Shown here: positions 1 through 13,520 of the stretch, one piece after another
Layout of the letters: every line of letters begins with the position of its first letter
Numbering within the stretch: position 1 is the stretch's first letter
Source of the DNA: Vicugna vicugna
Lineage: Eukaryota
Length of the DNA: 64,000 bases
Assembly: GCA_013265495.1 (NCBI GenBank)
Contig: MU058065.1
Span: forward strand, 10,333,720 to 10,397,719
Reading direction: 5' to 3'
Translations under genes and position numbers: made by a program
The notes under the pieces: model-generated
Told to the model about the DNA's origin: nothing
The model's database searches: none
The model's input: only the letters and a program-made list of their open reading frames with translations

Positions 1-628
1 AGGTTTATTCCTAAGTATTTTATTTTATTTACTTTTTGATGAGGTTTTTAAAAACATATATTTGTCTTCACTTTTCTGATAATTAATTGATACTCTAAAG
101 AAATGCAAAAGATTTCTGTATGTTATTCTTGTCACCTACTACTTTGCTGAATTCATTTATCAGCTCTAATAATTTTTGTATGGAGTCTTTAGTAGGGTTT
201 TTAATGTATAGTATCATGTCATCTGCATAAAGTGATAGCTTTACCTTTTCCCTTCCAATTTGGATACCTTTTATTTGTTTTTCTTGTCTGATTGCTGTGA
301 CTGGGACTTCCAATACTATGTTGAGTAGAAGTGGTGAGAGTGGGCGTTTTTGTCTTGTTCCAGATTTTAGTGGGAAGGTTTTCAACTTTTCACTGCTGAG
401 TATTATGTTAGCTGTGGGTTTGTTGTAAATGGCTTTTATTGAGATATGTTCCCTCTGTACCCACTTTGGTAAGAGTTTTTGTCATGTATGGATATTGAAT
501 TTTATCAAATGCTTTTTCTGCATCTATTGAGATAATCATGTGATTTCTCTCCACTCTTTTGTTAATGTGGTATATCACATTGATTGATTTGCATATGTTG
601 GACCATTCTTGTGACCCTAGGATGGATC
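1..628 (-). mobile_element. LINE-1 ORF2 reverse-transcriptase fragment, runs off the left edge
   Basis: ORFs 95-385 and 408-758 translate to L1 RT motifs ([45 protein letters not shown]); the frame is broken. Confidence 0.95.
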
Positions 629-632
629 TGAA

Positions 633-668
633 GACATTTTTTACAGAAATAGAACAAATAATCCTAAA
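633..668 (+). mobile_element. Short inverted L1 ORF2 piece ([11 protein letters not shown])
   Basis: gacattttttacagaaatagaacaaataatcctaaa matches L1 ORF2 downstream of the RT core, on the strand opposite to 1-628. Confidence 0.75.
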
Positions 669-1020
669 CTTATTCAGGTTGCTACAACAAAAATCCCATA
701 CATTGAATGACTTATAAATAAATTTATTTCTCATACTTCTTGAGGCTGAGTATTCCAAGATTTGGAGCCATAAGATATGGTGTGTGTAGAGGACACTTCT
801 CTTGGTTCATAGATGACAGTCTTCTCACTGTAAACTCATTTGATAGTAAGAGGAAGGGATATCTCTGAAACCTTTTTTTATAATGATAATAATCTCACTC
901 ATAAGGGATTCACCCTCGTGGCCTAATCACCTCCCAAAGGTCCCACCTTCTAATACTATCATCTTGGGGGTTAGGATTTCAACACATATTTGGGAGGACA
1001 CAAATGTTCATGCCAAAGCG
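669..1020 (-). mobile_element. MaLR solo LTR, MLT1A0-like
   Basis: Typical MLT1A motifs: aatttatttctcatac, aatcacctcccaaaggtcccacc, ttgggggttaggatttcaaca, ggacacaaatgttca. Confidence 0.85.
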
Positions 1021-1024
1021 ATAA

Positions 1025-1155
1025 TTAAATTTGTAGAATATAGCTAACAGTACTTAGAGGGAAATTTGGAGCTTTAAAAAACTATCAAAAAAAAAAGAGC
1101 TGAAATTTAATTATTTAAGCTTTCAATTCATGAAGTTGGGGGAAAAAGCTAATTA
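1025..1155 (+). mobile_element. Old L1 ORF2 fragment
   Basis: gctaacagtacttagagggaaattt corresponds to the AKAVLRGKF motif of L1 ORF2. Confidence 0.6.
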
Positions 1156-1835
1156 AATATAAACCATATTATTTGTTTAACTCCTGCACAGTATTTCACT
1201 CCACAGATTTCACTAAAAATGTCAAGATAAACCTTCCGTTCTATTACTTGCTTTTGGGTTATGATGTTAGATATGTGGTTATTGTTTAGCTCTGAATCTG
1301 TTATATTGAAAAATGAGTTTGAAAGATAGAGTTTATGAAATGAAGAACATAAAATGGTATATTTATTAACAGATCAAAGAATTGGTATGAAAGCATATAA
1401 TGACTGTAAATAAAATACTGTTTTAAAAGATAATGAATATGAAAAAGTTTGATTTTTTATTAAGTCTACATAACTATAGCTATTATATGATGAGATAATT
1501 AGTATACATTTACAAAATATTATTAATGTTTATTTTTGGGTTATGTGACTACCAGTTTTCTGAATTTTGCCTATGTAGTATTTTCAATATCCTTTTAGTG
1601 ATTATCATGTAATAAGAATTTTAAAATAAACAGTAATATATTTCATTTATTAAGTACAAAATGGTTACCAATTGTTTAACATATATTTTCCTAATCTTTA
1701 AGAATCCTGAACAAAGATGTTATTTATACCTCCTTTGATAGATGAGCAAAAGTTAGAATTTTCTGGCAGTTATTATGAGAGCAGCAGGTGGACCATGGTA
1801 AGGAATATTGCAAGTCCATAATTAAGAAGTTGTGA

Positions 1836-4800
1836 GAAATGTTACAAAGATATCAACATGAGGGGCTTCAGAATTTTCTTTTTCCCGGAATGCACTAAAC
1901 AGACAGATATACATAGAACAGTTCCGTTTGAGAGAAATTCATAAACTAGCTACGTGATTCCTACACATCGTGTGATTGAGGAAATATCCACATTGAAACG
2001 AATAGGAAAGGCTGAGAGATACTCTCCTCACAAACCCATCCCTTGGCACAGCACCATGCAAATTGGAAGGGATCCCTCAACTCCCAGCTTCTCCCTGTGG
2101 CATGAAGGGTTTGGACCATACATCTGCCAATCTAACTTCTAAGGTTGCAACCTGAGGAACTGGCTCCCAATCACCTAGCTCTGGGAACTGATGAAGCTTG
2201 CCATTTATGAGTCCCTCAGGGCCACACAAAACAAAGGGGCAGTTCTCTTTGAGCACTAAGTACTTCCAGCAACTATTCACTCTTATTCAACACAGAATGA
2301 GTAAGCAAAAAACATCCAGTTCCTGATTTCTCCCAGATAGGAGCTAGACCGTGTGTCTAACATCCTGACTTTCCCAACTGTTGCTTAAAAGTTATCTTTT
2401 AATTAACCTGGATTGAGGAGCTGAAGGGGAAGGCAGTTAGTAGTCCGCTGGGAACCTGAACAAGCATATGGGCATTTCTCTAATACTTGTGGGACACTGA
2501 TGGTCTTGGCACACCTTCAACTATTAGGAACCACTAAGAACAAAGACTGTAGTTTAGAGAATTACAAAGGTTTGAGAGGCAGGCAGGAGCTCAGGCTAGA
2601 CTGGTTGATGAGGTTCGTATTCCATATGAAACCAGTCTGTCAAGATTGGGAGAGGGGGTTGTTATATCTAATGTGCAGAAATAATACAGGTAATCAAAGA
2701 AAAAGAAGAAATGAGGGAATATGTTCCAAACAAAAGAATAAGATAAATCTTCAGAAATTGATCTTAATGAAATACTAGTAAGTGATTTACTTAATAGAGA
2801 GTTCAAATGGTCATAAAGATGCTCACTAAGGTCAGGAGAACAATGCATGTGCAAACTTAGAGTGCCAGTTAAGAGACAGAAAACATAAAGTAACAAACAG
2901 AAGTCATAAAGATGAAGAATACAATAACAAATGAAAAATTCAATTTAGAGTTTTAACAGCATATTATATCAGTTGGACGAAAGGATCAGTGAAATTGAAG
3001 ACAGGGCAGTGAAATTCATCCAATCAGAAAAGTGAAAAGAGAATGAATGAAGAAGAGTGAAGATAGCTTAAAGGACTTATGGAACACCGTCAGATAGACC
3101 TACATATACATTATAGAGGTCATAAAAAGAGAAGAGGGGGAGCAGGGGAAGAAAGTATGGTCAGTGAAATAATGGCTGAAAAGTCCTCTAACCTACAAAA
3201 GAAACAGTCATCCAGTTACAGCAAGCCCAAAGACAATCAAAAAAGATAAATCCAAAGAGACCCACATGAAGATACATTGTAATTAAATTATCAAAAGTTA
3301 AAGGCTAAGAGAGTCTAAATAGCACCATGCCAAAAGCAATTTGTTGTTTGCAAGAAAACCCACATAAGATTGTCAGTCGACTTTTAGCAGAAATCTTATA
3401 GGCTAGAAGGGAGTATTGAAAGACAAAAACAAAACAAAACAAACAAACAAACAAACAAAACTTCCAACCAAGAATACTCTACTCAGAAAAGTGGTTATTC
3501 AGAATTGAAGGAAACAAAATTTTCCAAACAAAAAGTTAGAGTTTGTTACCATTAGGCCAGCCTTACAACAAATGTTAAAGGGAGTTCTTCAAGCTGAAAT
3601 AAAAGGGCACTAATTAGTAATGTAAAAACATATGGACATATAAAACTCACTGGTAAAGGTAAATATATATTTAAACTAAGAATATTCTAATATAATGATG
3701 TTGGATAAATCACTTATAACTGTATAAAGGTTGAAAGACACAAGTGTTACAATAATTTCTTAATGAACACAATATAAAAACATGTAAATAGTAACTTGAA
3801 AAATATAAAATGTGAACGGGGATTTTAAAATTTAGAGCTTTTATATATATTCAAACTTAACTTGTTACCAGCTTAAAGTAGGCTGCTATAACTATAAGAG
3901 GGTTTATTTAGTCTTCATGATAACCATGGAACAAAATGGCACAGTGAATACACTGTGAATAAGAGAAAGTAATTTATCATGCTCCCACAGAAAAGTCCTC
4001 AAATTACAAAGGAAAATAACAGGAAAGGAAGAAAGAAACAAAGGTTGTTAAAAAAAGCCAAAATTGTAAGTCCATACCTATCAATAATCACTTTGTATGT
4101 AAATGGATTAAATTATCCAATCAAAAGACAGAGAAAGAGTGACTGAATAGTTAAGAAAAGAAGATCCAATTATATGCAGCCTACAAGAGACTCATGTCAG
4201 TTTTAAGACCATTCATAGACTAAGAGCAAAGGGATGGAAGAAGATATTCCCTGAAAATGGAAAGCAAGAGAAACCAGAGGTAGCTATACTTACATCAGAC
4301 AAAATAGACATTAAGCCAAAATCTTCAACGAGAGACAAAGATGGTTATTATGTAACAATAAAGGGTTCAATTTATCACAAGAGTATCATGAAAGTTTAAT
4401 TTTACTGATGTATAAAATGAGTTTAATTTATTCATATATAAAATCATGTTATATAATATATATTAATATGTTAATACATTAATCATATAATTGCACATAA
4501 TGAGAGTGTAATTGTAAATATTTATGCACCCAACATTGGAGATATGAATATATAAAGCAAATACTTAAAGATCTGAAGGATGGAATAGACAGCAATGCAG
4601 TAATGGTAGGAGGCTTCAGTATCCTGCATTCACCAATGGATGGATCATCCAGAAAAAATCTGTAAGGAAACTCTGAACTTAAACTACATGTTGGATCATA
4701 TGAAATTAACAGACAGATACAGAGCATTCCATTCAACGGCAGGAGAATACCCTTCTTCCCAATAATACATGGAACATTCTCCAGGGTAAATTGGATGGTG

Positions 4801-7800
4801 GCCACAAAGCAATTCTTAATAAATTTAATAATATTGTAATCATATAAAGCACCTCTCTACATTATAGTGATATGAAACTAGAAATCAATTACAAGAGGAA
4901 AACTGCGAAATTTAATAATATCTGGAGATTAAACAGCTTGCTCCTCCATAACTAATGGGTCAAAGAAGAAATCAGAAGGGAAATAAAAAAAAGTACCTAG
5001 AGACAAATAAAAATGGAACACAATATACCAAAACTTATGGGATGCAGCATAAGTAGTACTAGGAGTAAAATTTATAGTGATAAGCACCTACATTAAGAAA
5101 AAGATCTCAAATAACCAAATGAAGAAAGAAAAAGAAAACTAAGCTCAAAGTTAGTGGAGGAGTAAAATAATAAAGATTAGATCAGAAGGAAGTGATCAAT
5201 GAAAGACAATAGGAATGATCAATGAAACTAAGAGATGATTCTTTGAAAAGGTAAATAAAATTAATAGACCATATTGGAAAAAAAACAGAAAAGTTTCAAA
5301 TAATAAGTGAAGGAGTAGATGTCACAAATGATAATACAGAAATACTAAGGTTGTAAGCGACCACTATGAACAATTAAATGAAAACAAATTGGACCACCTA
5401 GAAAACTGTTAAATTCTTATAGATATACAACCTATCAGGACTGATTTATGAAATAGAAAATTGGAATTAACCAATTACTAGTAAGGAGGTTGAATCAGTA
5501 ATCAAAGATTTCCCAACAAAGAAAAGACCAGGACCAGAGGGTTTAACTAATAAATTCTACCAAACATTTAAAGAAAAATTAAAACAAATCCTCAAACACT
5601 TAAAAAAAAAAACTGGTCAGAGGGGGACACTCCTAAACTCATTTTACTAGGCCAGCATTACTCTGATACCAAAACCAGACAGGGGTGCTACAAGAAGAGG
5701 TAATTACAGACCACTCTCCCAGATGAACATGCATGAGAAAATTCTCAGCAAAGTATTAGCAAACTGAATTCAGCAATTAAATAGTCATACACTATGATTA
5801 GGTGGGATTTATTCCTGAGATTCAAGGATACATAAGTCAATCAATATGATACACCATATTAAAAAAAATGAAGGTTAAAGTCATCTGGTCATCTAAATAG
5901 ATGCAGAGAAAACATTTAATAAAATCAACATCTTCTCATGATAAAATTCTTAAGAAATTAGGTATAGAATGAATGTACCTCAATATAATATAGGACATAT
6001 ATGTCAAGCTCACAACTGACATCATACTCAATGGTGAAAAGATGAAAGCTTTTCCTATAAGGATCAGGAACAAGACAAAGATGCCCTGTAACCACTTTTA
6101 TTGAACATAGTGCTACAAGTTCCAACCAGAGCAATTAGGCAAGAAGAAAAGCCTCCAAATTGAAAAGGAAGAAGTAAAATGATCTCTGATTGCAGATGAC
6201 ATGATATTCATTGGAAAACCCTAAAGACTCCACCAAAATATTATTAGAACTAATCAACGAATTCAATGAAATTGTAGGATATAAATTCAATATACACATG
6301 ACAATTGCATTTATATACACTAGCAATGAACTATTGGAAGGAAAAATCAAGTAAACAATCCTACATACAATAGTTTCAGAAATAATAAAATGCTCTGGAA
6401 TACATTTAATCAATTAGTGAAAGATCTGTCTGCTGAGCTATAAAACATTCACGACATAAACTGAAAGAATCACAAATAAATGGAAAAATATTCTGTGTTC
6501 ATAGATTGGAAGAATTAATATTTTTTAAATATCCATAATACCCAAAACAACCTATATATTCAGTGCAGTCCCTATCAAAATTCTCATGGTATTTTTCACA
6601 AAAATAGAAAAAAAAATTCTAGAATTTATGTAAAACCACAGAAACATCCTGAATTGCCAAAGGAATCTTGAGAAAGAAGAACAAAGCATGATTTCAAAAC
6701 ACATTACAAAGCATTAGCAATAAAAACAGTATAGTACTGTCGTAAAAACAGACTCATAAACGAATGAAGCAGAAAAGAAAACCCACAAATAAATCCATGC
6801 ATGTTTGATTAATTAATTTTCACAAAAGAAGCCAGAAATACACAATGAAGAAAGAATATTCTTCAATAAGTGGTGGTGGGAAAACTGGTTATTCAACTGC
6901 AAAAGAATGAAATTGGACTCCTGTCTTACATCATACACAAAATTCAACTCAAAATTGATTAAGGACTGAATCTAGGACTTAAAACCGTAGAACTCCTATA
7001 AGGAAACAGAGGGTAACCTTTGTGACATTGGTCGTGGCAATAATTTTTTGGATTTGGCACCAAAAATAAAGATAACAAAAACAAAAATAGACAGTTGGCA
7101 CTACATCAAACTAAAAAGCTTCTGCACAGCAAAGGAAACCATTAAGAAAAAGAAAAGTCAGCCTATGGAATGGGAGAAAAATATGTACAAATCATGTATT
7201 CAATAGGTGTTTATATCCAAAATGTAAAAGGAACTTATATAACTCTGTACCAGAAACCTTAAAAAAAAACAGTTTAAAAATAGGCAGATGACTTGAAAGG
7301 CATTTTTCCATAGGACACATATAAATGGTCAGCAGATACATGAAAAGATACTAAACACCAATAATCATCAAGGAAATGCAGGCTAAAACCACAAGGGCAT
7401 ATCCCCTAACACCTATTAGGATGTCTGTCATCAAAAAGATGAGAGAACAAGTGCTAGTGAAAATGTGGAGAAAAGGAAAGAAACTCTTGCCTGTTGTTGG
7501 TGAGAATGTAAAGTAGCACAGTCACTGTGGAACCAATATAGTGGTTCCTCAAAGAATTTTTAAAAATTAAGAAATAGAACTGCCTATATGACCCACAGTC
7601 CCACCTCTGGGTATGTAGCCAAAGGAAACAAATACCTCCGGATGATTTTCCAGATCATCACATGTTCATAGCAGCATTACTTGTAGTAGCCAAGGATTGG
7701 AAACTACCTACATGTCTTTCAGAAGATGAATAGATAAAGAAAACGTGATATCTATGCCAGACAGAGAAAGACACACACTGCATGGTGTCATATGTATGTG

Positions 7801-8166
7801 AAGTCTAAAACAGTAAGTCAGACTCACAGAATCAGAGAGTAGAACGATTGCCAGCATGCTGGGAAATGGGGGAAATAAGGAGAGGTTGGTGAAAAGGTAC
7901 AAACTTTTAGTTACGAGATGAATTAAGGTCTGAGGATCTGTTGTGTAACATGGTGACTACAATGGATAGTAATCTATCATATAATTGAAATTTGCTAAGA
8001 GAATAGAACTTGTGTTCTCATAAAAATGTAAATATGTGAGTTGGTGAATGTATTAACTCAGTAGAAAATCCTTCACAATATATACATTAATCAGACCATC
8101 ACAACATATATTTGAAATACATTACAATTTAATTTGTCAATTATACCTCATTAAAGCTGGAAAAAA
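1836..8166 (+). mobile_element. Near-full-length decayed LINE-1 (L1MA8-10-like): 5'UTR ~1836-2690, ORF1 ~2690-3600, ORF2 ~4060-7760, 3'UTR to 8166
   Basis: L1 5'UTR motif gaaattcataaactagctacgtgattcctacacatcg; endonuclease start tcaataatcactttgtatgtaaatggattaaat (~4081); RT gcagatgacatg (ADDM, ~6192); terminal tttgtcaattatacctcattaaagctggaaaaaa. Many stops, frameshifts and small deletions. Confidence 0.95.
3424..3460 (+). repeat. (AAAAC)/(AAAC)n microsatellite inside L1 ORF1
   Basis: caaaaacaaaacaaaacaaacaaacaaacaaacaaaa. Confidence 0.9.
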
Positions 8167-8563
8167 GTCAGAATTTTCCTTTCGAATTTCAAGGAATTTT
8201 GATTTAATTATTAAAGCAAATTAAACTAATCCTCTATTGGAATGATTTTCTTTAATTTAGAGATGAAGCATTAAAAGACAGTAGTTAGAATTCCATCAAT
8301 CAAAAACTGGTAAGACTTTTTAAAACTTTTTAAATATCTCATAATTTCATTTTTGAGAAACATTAAAAAAATTGTCTATTAAATAAGGTAGACTCCATTC
8401 AGATTTCCCAGGGGCATTTATCAAATTTTATTTTTAGTACAGATGCCTTAAGCAAACATGAAAACCAGTGTGTGTATATCTTTGTATAGTGTATATAGGA
8501 TATATATGATAGTTTTTTGGTATATATGTAAAATAGTATGCTTCATTGTGTATATATGTAATA

Positions 8564-8753
8564 CAGTTGACCCTTGAACAAACGTGGGCTTGAACTCTGG
8601 GTCCACTTACCAGGGATATTTTTCCATAGTAAATATTACAGTACTGAGTTGTCCCTGGTTGGTTGAATCTGAGGATGTGGAGCAACGACAGATAGGGAGG
8701 GCCAGCTATAAATTATATGAAGATTAACCCTCTCATTGTTCAGGGGTCAGCTG
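8564..8753. mobile_element. TcMar-Tigger MITE, Tigger2a-like
   Basis: Terminal inverted repeats cagttgacccttgaacaa / ttgttcaggggtcagctg, with TA on both flanks (TA target-site duplication). Confidence 0.9.
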
Positions 8754-10494
8754 TATACCTAAATATATTTAAATACATTATATGTATATGTCAGTTACTA
8801 TGTGAATATTTTTAACTTTAATGGGGAGATAAATGGGATATATCAGGAATTAAAAGATGGTGTACTTTTCCTCAAATTTTAGATACTGAAGTATAAGACT
8901 TTGGAAATGGATGTGATTTTGAATCATATTACAAAGAAGATATTAAAATATATAAAACTTTTTATTTGTTAGTCAATTTTACCCTTAAGTGAAATGAACC
9001 AAATGTATTTGTTTAGGAACCTACTTGATAGGAAATGTGTGCTTTAAATAGATTTCAAGTAATTTTAATTATACCATGGACTATATGATGGATGCTTGTA
9101 AAACATTTTTTAAAAACATGTGCACACAACTTAGAAAATAAAATTCCCCCTTTATATTGTCACATCCTACATTTGACATAATTTTATTGTTATGCACATT
9201 CTTCATTATACAATAGCACTTCAAATCTGGTTTTACAGAGCTAAAAAATGAATTTAGCAGCATAACATTAAACATTACTATAATTCAGAATTACAGTCTC
9301 ATTTTTGTCAACTTCAAAATTTTGCCACAAACATTTGAACAATTTGAAAAGCTCTGTGACCATTATATCTATTCTGTGTAATTTGTGTTAAAAATACTTG
9401 TTAATGAATTTGGAACCAAGTGCCTATAATCACAAAGTACAAATTAAGACTTCTATTATCATTAATAGGAGTAAACACTAACAATTCAGGAGAAAATGGA
9501 TCTTTATGTTCTAAACTTTGAAGTTTATATGAGAAAGAAATTAACCATAAAATTAGAATCCAGGCAGCTTTCTGAAGAAAAATTCTTAAAGGTATTCTCA
9601 AATAACTTAAAAGGCAATATTTCTTTAGCAAGTTTAAGCTGAGCCACATGAATTGAGCAAGGTAATTTGAAAATTAGGCAAAATTTACATTCCCATTAAA
9701 ATTAACCTTTGCTTAAATTTCTTGGAAAGTGAACTGAACTCACTATAAGCTGCTGCTATGTTGTAATTAAAAGAACAGATGAAATGTTCCATTTACTCCT
9801 TAGCCATCATAAAACTAGATACTCATAACACCATCTGCAAAATGGCTGCCACCAATATTACTTTCCCAGGAGGCGGGGGTGGGGGGAGGAATTCTTTTTA
9901 AGAATATGTGCAATAATATAGAAGAAAGTAGATTTAAAATGCAAAAAATGTGTATATCTGAGGTTTTAAAATTTTAATCAGGAGGAATTTGTGCTTTTAT
10001 ATCCCACAGTCTTCTTAAACTTTTAATTTAGAGATAAATACATATAGGAATGTGTAAAATTCAAATAATATGTTTCACAAAAAAAATTAGAAAAGAAGGA
10101 TCATTTAGAAGGATCAGATTTTATAAATATATGAACACTAACCCCTATTGGGATAGTGTAAAAATACAAACCTTGTGACCATGAGCCATGAAACATTCTC
10201 AAGATTTGATTATAAAATATGAGTCCATGTCCTGAAAGGCTGATGATAGTATCTAGATATAAGTTGTAAGTCATGGGTAACCTATATTCTTGTCACTATT
10301 AAAAGTGAGGAAAATATTTTAAGACTTATTACAATTTAAATTTCTTCCAAATATAATGTTAATGTAATCTAAAAAACTAAGGCATAGTTTAATTTCAGAA
10401 CATATGTGTTTGGGATTTGCTAGATCAAATCTGAACCACTAAGTTCAATAATTATCTTTTAAGTTTTGCTTTTATAATTGCAGTTCTAAAAAAT

Positions 10495-11878
10495 GATTCA
10501 TATTTTAAAAGTTTTAGCAACATTTAGAGGAAGGTACAGAGATTCAGCATATACCTCCTGCCTCCACACATGCATAGCCATGCTCATTGTCAACATCCTT
10601 CTATAGAGTGGTACATTTGTTACAATTGATGAACCTCACTGGCACAATAATACTCACCCAAAGTCCATAGTATATGTCATGATTCATCCTTGGTGTTGTA
10701 CATTCTGTGGATATGGACAAATATATAGTGACATATATCCACATTATAGTATCATACTGAATATTTTTATTTCTCTAAAAATCCTCTGTGTTTCACCTAT
10801 TCATCATTACCCTCACCCCCAACCTGTGGTGCTTTTTGCTGAATTCATAGTTTTACCTTTTCCAGATGTCATGTAGTTGGAATCATACAGTATGTTGCCT
10901 TTTCACATTTGCTTAGTTCACTTAGTTATGATAGTTCTTAATTTTTGTTTTTTATTTCTTTTTAATGCCCAAAAGTATTATATTTTCTGGATGTACCATA
11001 GATTATTTATCAATCCACCTATTGAAGGGCATCTTGGTTGCTCCCCAGTTTTAGCAAATATAAACAAAGCTGCTGTGAACAACTTGTGCAGATTTTTGTG
11101 TGGACATAACTTTTTAAGAACTGTAGGTAAATACCACGGAGTACAATTACCAGATTATATGTTAAGAGTATGTTTAATTTCATAAGAGACCACCAAACTG
11201 GCTTTCAAAGTAGCTATATCATGTTGCATTCCATGCAACAAGTGACAATTCCTGTTGCTCCACATCCCTGTCAACATTGCTTATTGTCAATGTTCTGAAT
11301 TTACGGCATTCTAAGAGGCACGTAGTGGAATCTTATTGTTATTTTAATTTGCATTTTCTTGTGACATATGATGTGCAGCAGCTTTTCATGCATTTATTTG
11401 CCGTATGTATATCTTCTTTGGGGAGGCCTCTGTTCAGGATTGACTTATTTTTAATTGGATTGTTTTTCTATTGAATTTTAAGAGTTCTTTGTATATTTTA
11501 GATAATGGTCTTTTATCAGATGTGTCTTTGCAAATATTTTCTCCCTATCAGTGGCTTGTATTTGTATTCTCTTGCCATTGACTTTGCAAAGCAGAAATGT
11601 TCAGTTCCAGTGAAATCAAGCTTATCAATAATTTTTTTCATGGATTGAGTCTTTGGTGGTGTATCTGAAAAGGGATCACCATACCCAAGGTCATCTAGGT
11701 TTTTCATATGTTATATTCTGAGAGTTTTATATTTTACATTTAGGTCTGCGATGCATTTTGAGTTAATTTTTTGATGTGTTCAAGATCTGTGTCTAGATTT
11801 TTTTAAAATTTGCATGTGTATGTCCAGTTGTCCCAACACCACTTATACAAGACTATCTTTACTCAACTGTCTTGCCTT
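10495..11878 (-). mobile_element. L1MC1/2-like 3' end and ORF2 C-terminus
   Basis: Diagnostic agagtggtacatttgttacaattgatgaacct and cacccaaagtccatagt; ORF 11516-11707 resembles the L1 ORF2 C-terminal region (LDDLGYG..IDKLDF). Confidence 0.9.
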
Positions 11879-12029
11879 GAAAATAATTCATTCTTGAAAA
11901 TGTATTAACTAGCTTTCTGGGTTAAATTTTGCCAAAGAGATGTGAGAGGAAAATTACCAAATTCCCTATATCAAATCCTTTATACTTGAAATACATAGTG
12001 TATTTTTCCCTGACTAAACCTTGATTGCT

Positions 12030-13030
12030 AGAGTTATTGTCTCTTCTTACTGATTTATAGAATTGTTTATATTCTAACTTATCCTTTATTGGGTTTATGT
12101 GTTTCAGATGTATTTTCCCTCAGTGTGTGGTTTACTTCTTTATTTTGTTGATGAAGTTTTTCAGTTAACCAGTGGTTTACATTTTTTATTCTATTAAAAT
12201 ATATCAATATTTTACTTTTTAATTTCAATTTGTATGTAGCAAATTCTTCTTTAAATTTATAGATGTATTCTTAATTTTATAAAATTTATAAAACTATCCT
12301 AAATTTCCTTCTAAGTATTTAAAAATTTTTGGTGTTATATTCAGGCAGGTTTATTTATTTGTTGATTGATTGATTGATTTGTCTGTTTATTTATTTAATA
12401 ACCCAAAGTCTTAATTTCATTCTTTTCCTATTGCTTCTCAATCCCAAATTTAGTTATTTTGTTTCCTTTTCCGTAAACATGGTATATCTATTTCTTAAAA
12501 TCTTATTTGTGTCTGGTAACAAAACTCTATTTTTTCCCCAGAATTACTCATTTTTATTAACTCTATTCTCTGGTATAATTCAGTTGTGTTGCTACTATAT
12601 ATATGATACATTTTTGGATTAGAACTTCTGTTTATGTTATGTAAAGCATAATTGCACTGGTTTTGTGTGTATTATATTCTGCAGACTTGATTTTTTTTGC
12701 ACAGTTTGTTTACAGATTTCATGTGTTCTTTATCATATTGTCTGTGAATAACAAGAATTTGTAATATGCAAACTTAATGTATTTTTTTTCTTTTCTTTCT
12801 CTGCTATTTTGAACCTTGAACACCTTAGTGCACAGATACAATGAGTAGTGGTAATTTTGTATTAGTGAGTACTGGGGACCTTGTAGTCTTCACAATTTAA
12901 GGGAAATGCGTCTTGTATTTCAAATTTATTAGCATATTTTCTGTAGGGTTTCTTTCAGTAGATAAACTTTATCAGGAAATAATTTCCCTTCTGATCATAA
13001 TTTTCTTTATGAAAAGAATATTCAATTGTA
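12030..13030 (-). mobile_element. Highly decayed old L1 (L1ME-like) ORF2 relic
   Basis: Scattered antisense ORF2 motifs such as aatttaagggaaatgc and gtagataaactttatcagg. Confidence 0.5.
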
Positions 13031-13344
13031 AAACTTAACTATTGCCCATAAGTAAATTTCAATGAAATTTTAAATATAATTTAAATCTCACATGTGAAAA
13101 AAATTTAACCTTTAAGACTTCAAACACACAAATAAATGAAACAAATTATCAGTATGTATCTCAATCTTAAATATTGGTAACTCACATATAAATATACAGC
13201 AGTCAATATAATCCAGCAATATATTAATTGAGATGTGCATACCAAAAATATTTATTCCAGAAATACTAGAATGGTAGTTTCTTAACCCAGAGGTGAAAAT
13301 CCTACAGGTGATTTCTTACAGAAATGGATACTGCTTTTTTCCCT

Positions 13345-13520
13345 TAACACTATGTGTTCTTCAGCAAACTATTTAACCTCACTAATTCTTTTCTCAGTGT
13401 TAATTTATGTTTTCAATAATTATAATTATAACCAAACAATATATAACACCTACCTCAGACTTCACGTATTAATATTTGAGATGATGTAAGTTTTATAAAG
13501 TGGTTAGCATATATTTATAC
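13345..13520 (+). mobile_element. MIR SINE relic
   Basis: gcaaactatttaacctc, aacacctacctca, tataaagtggttagca resemble the MIR core and 3' part. Confidence 0.5.

Noticed and set aside
95..758. ORFs 95-385 and 408-758 as a functional reverse-transcriptase gene
   Set aside because: Frameshifted L1 ORF2 remnant; the start of 408-758 lies in unrelated LTR and inverted sequence.
1836..8166. Active, retrotransposition-competent L1
   Set aside because: Both ORFs have many stops, frameshifts, deletions and an insertion; no long ORF remains.
10877..12622. Hydrophobic F/L/I-rich ORFs as membrane proteins
   Set aside because: These are translations of T-rich antisense L1 sequence.
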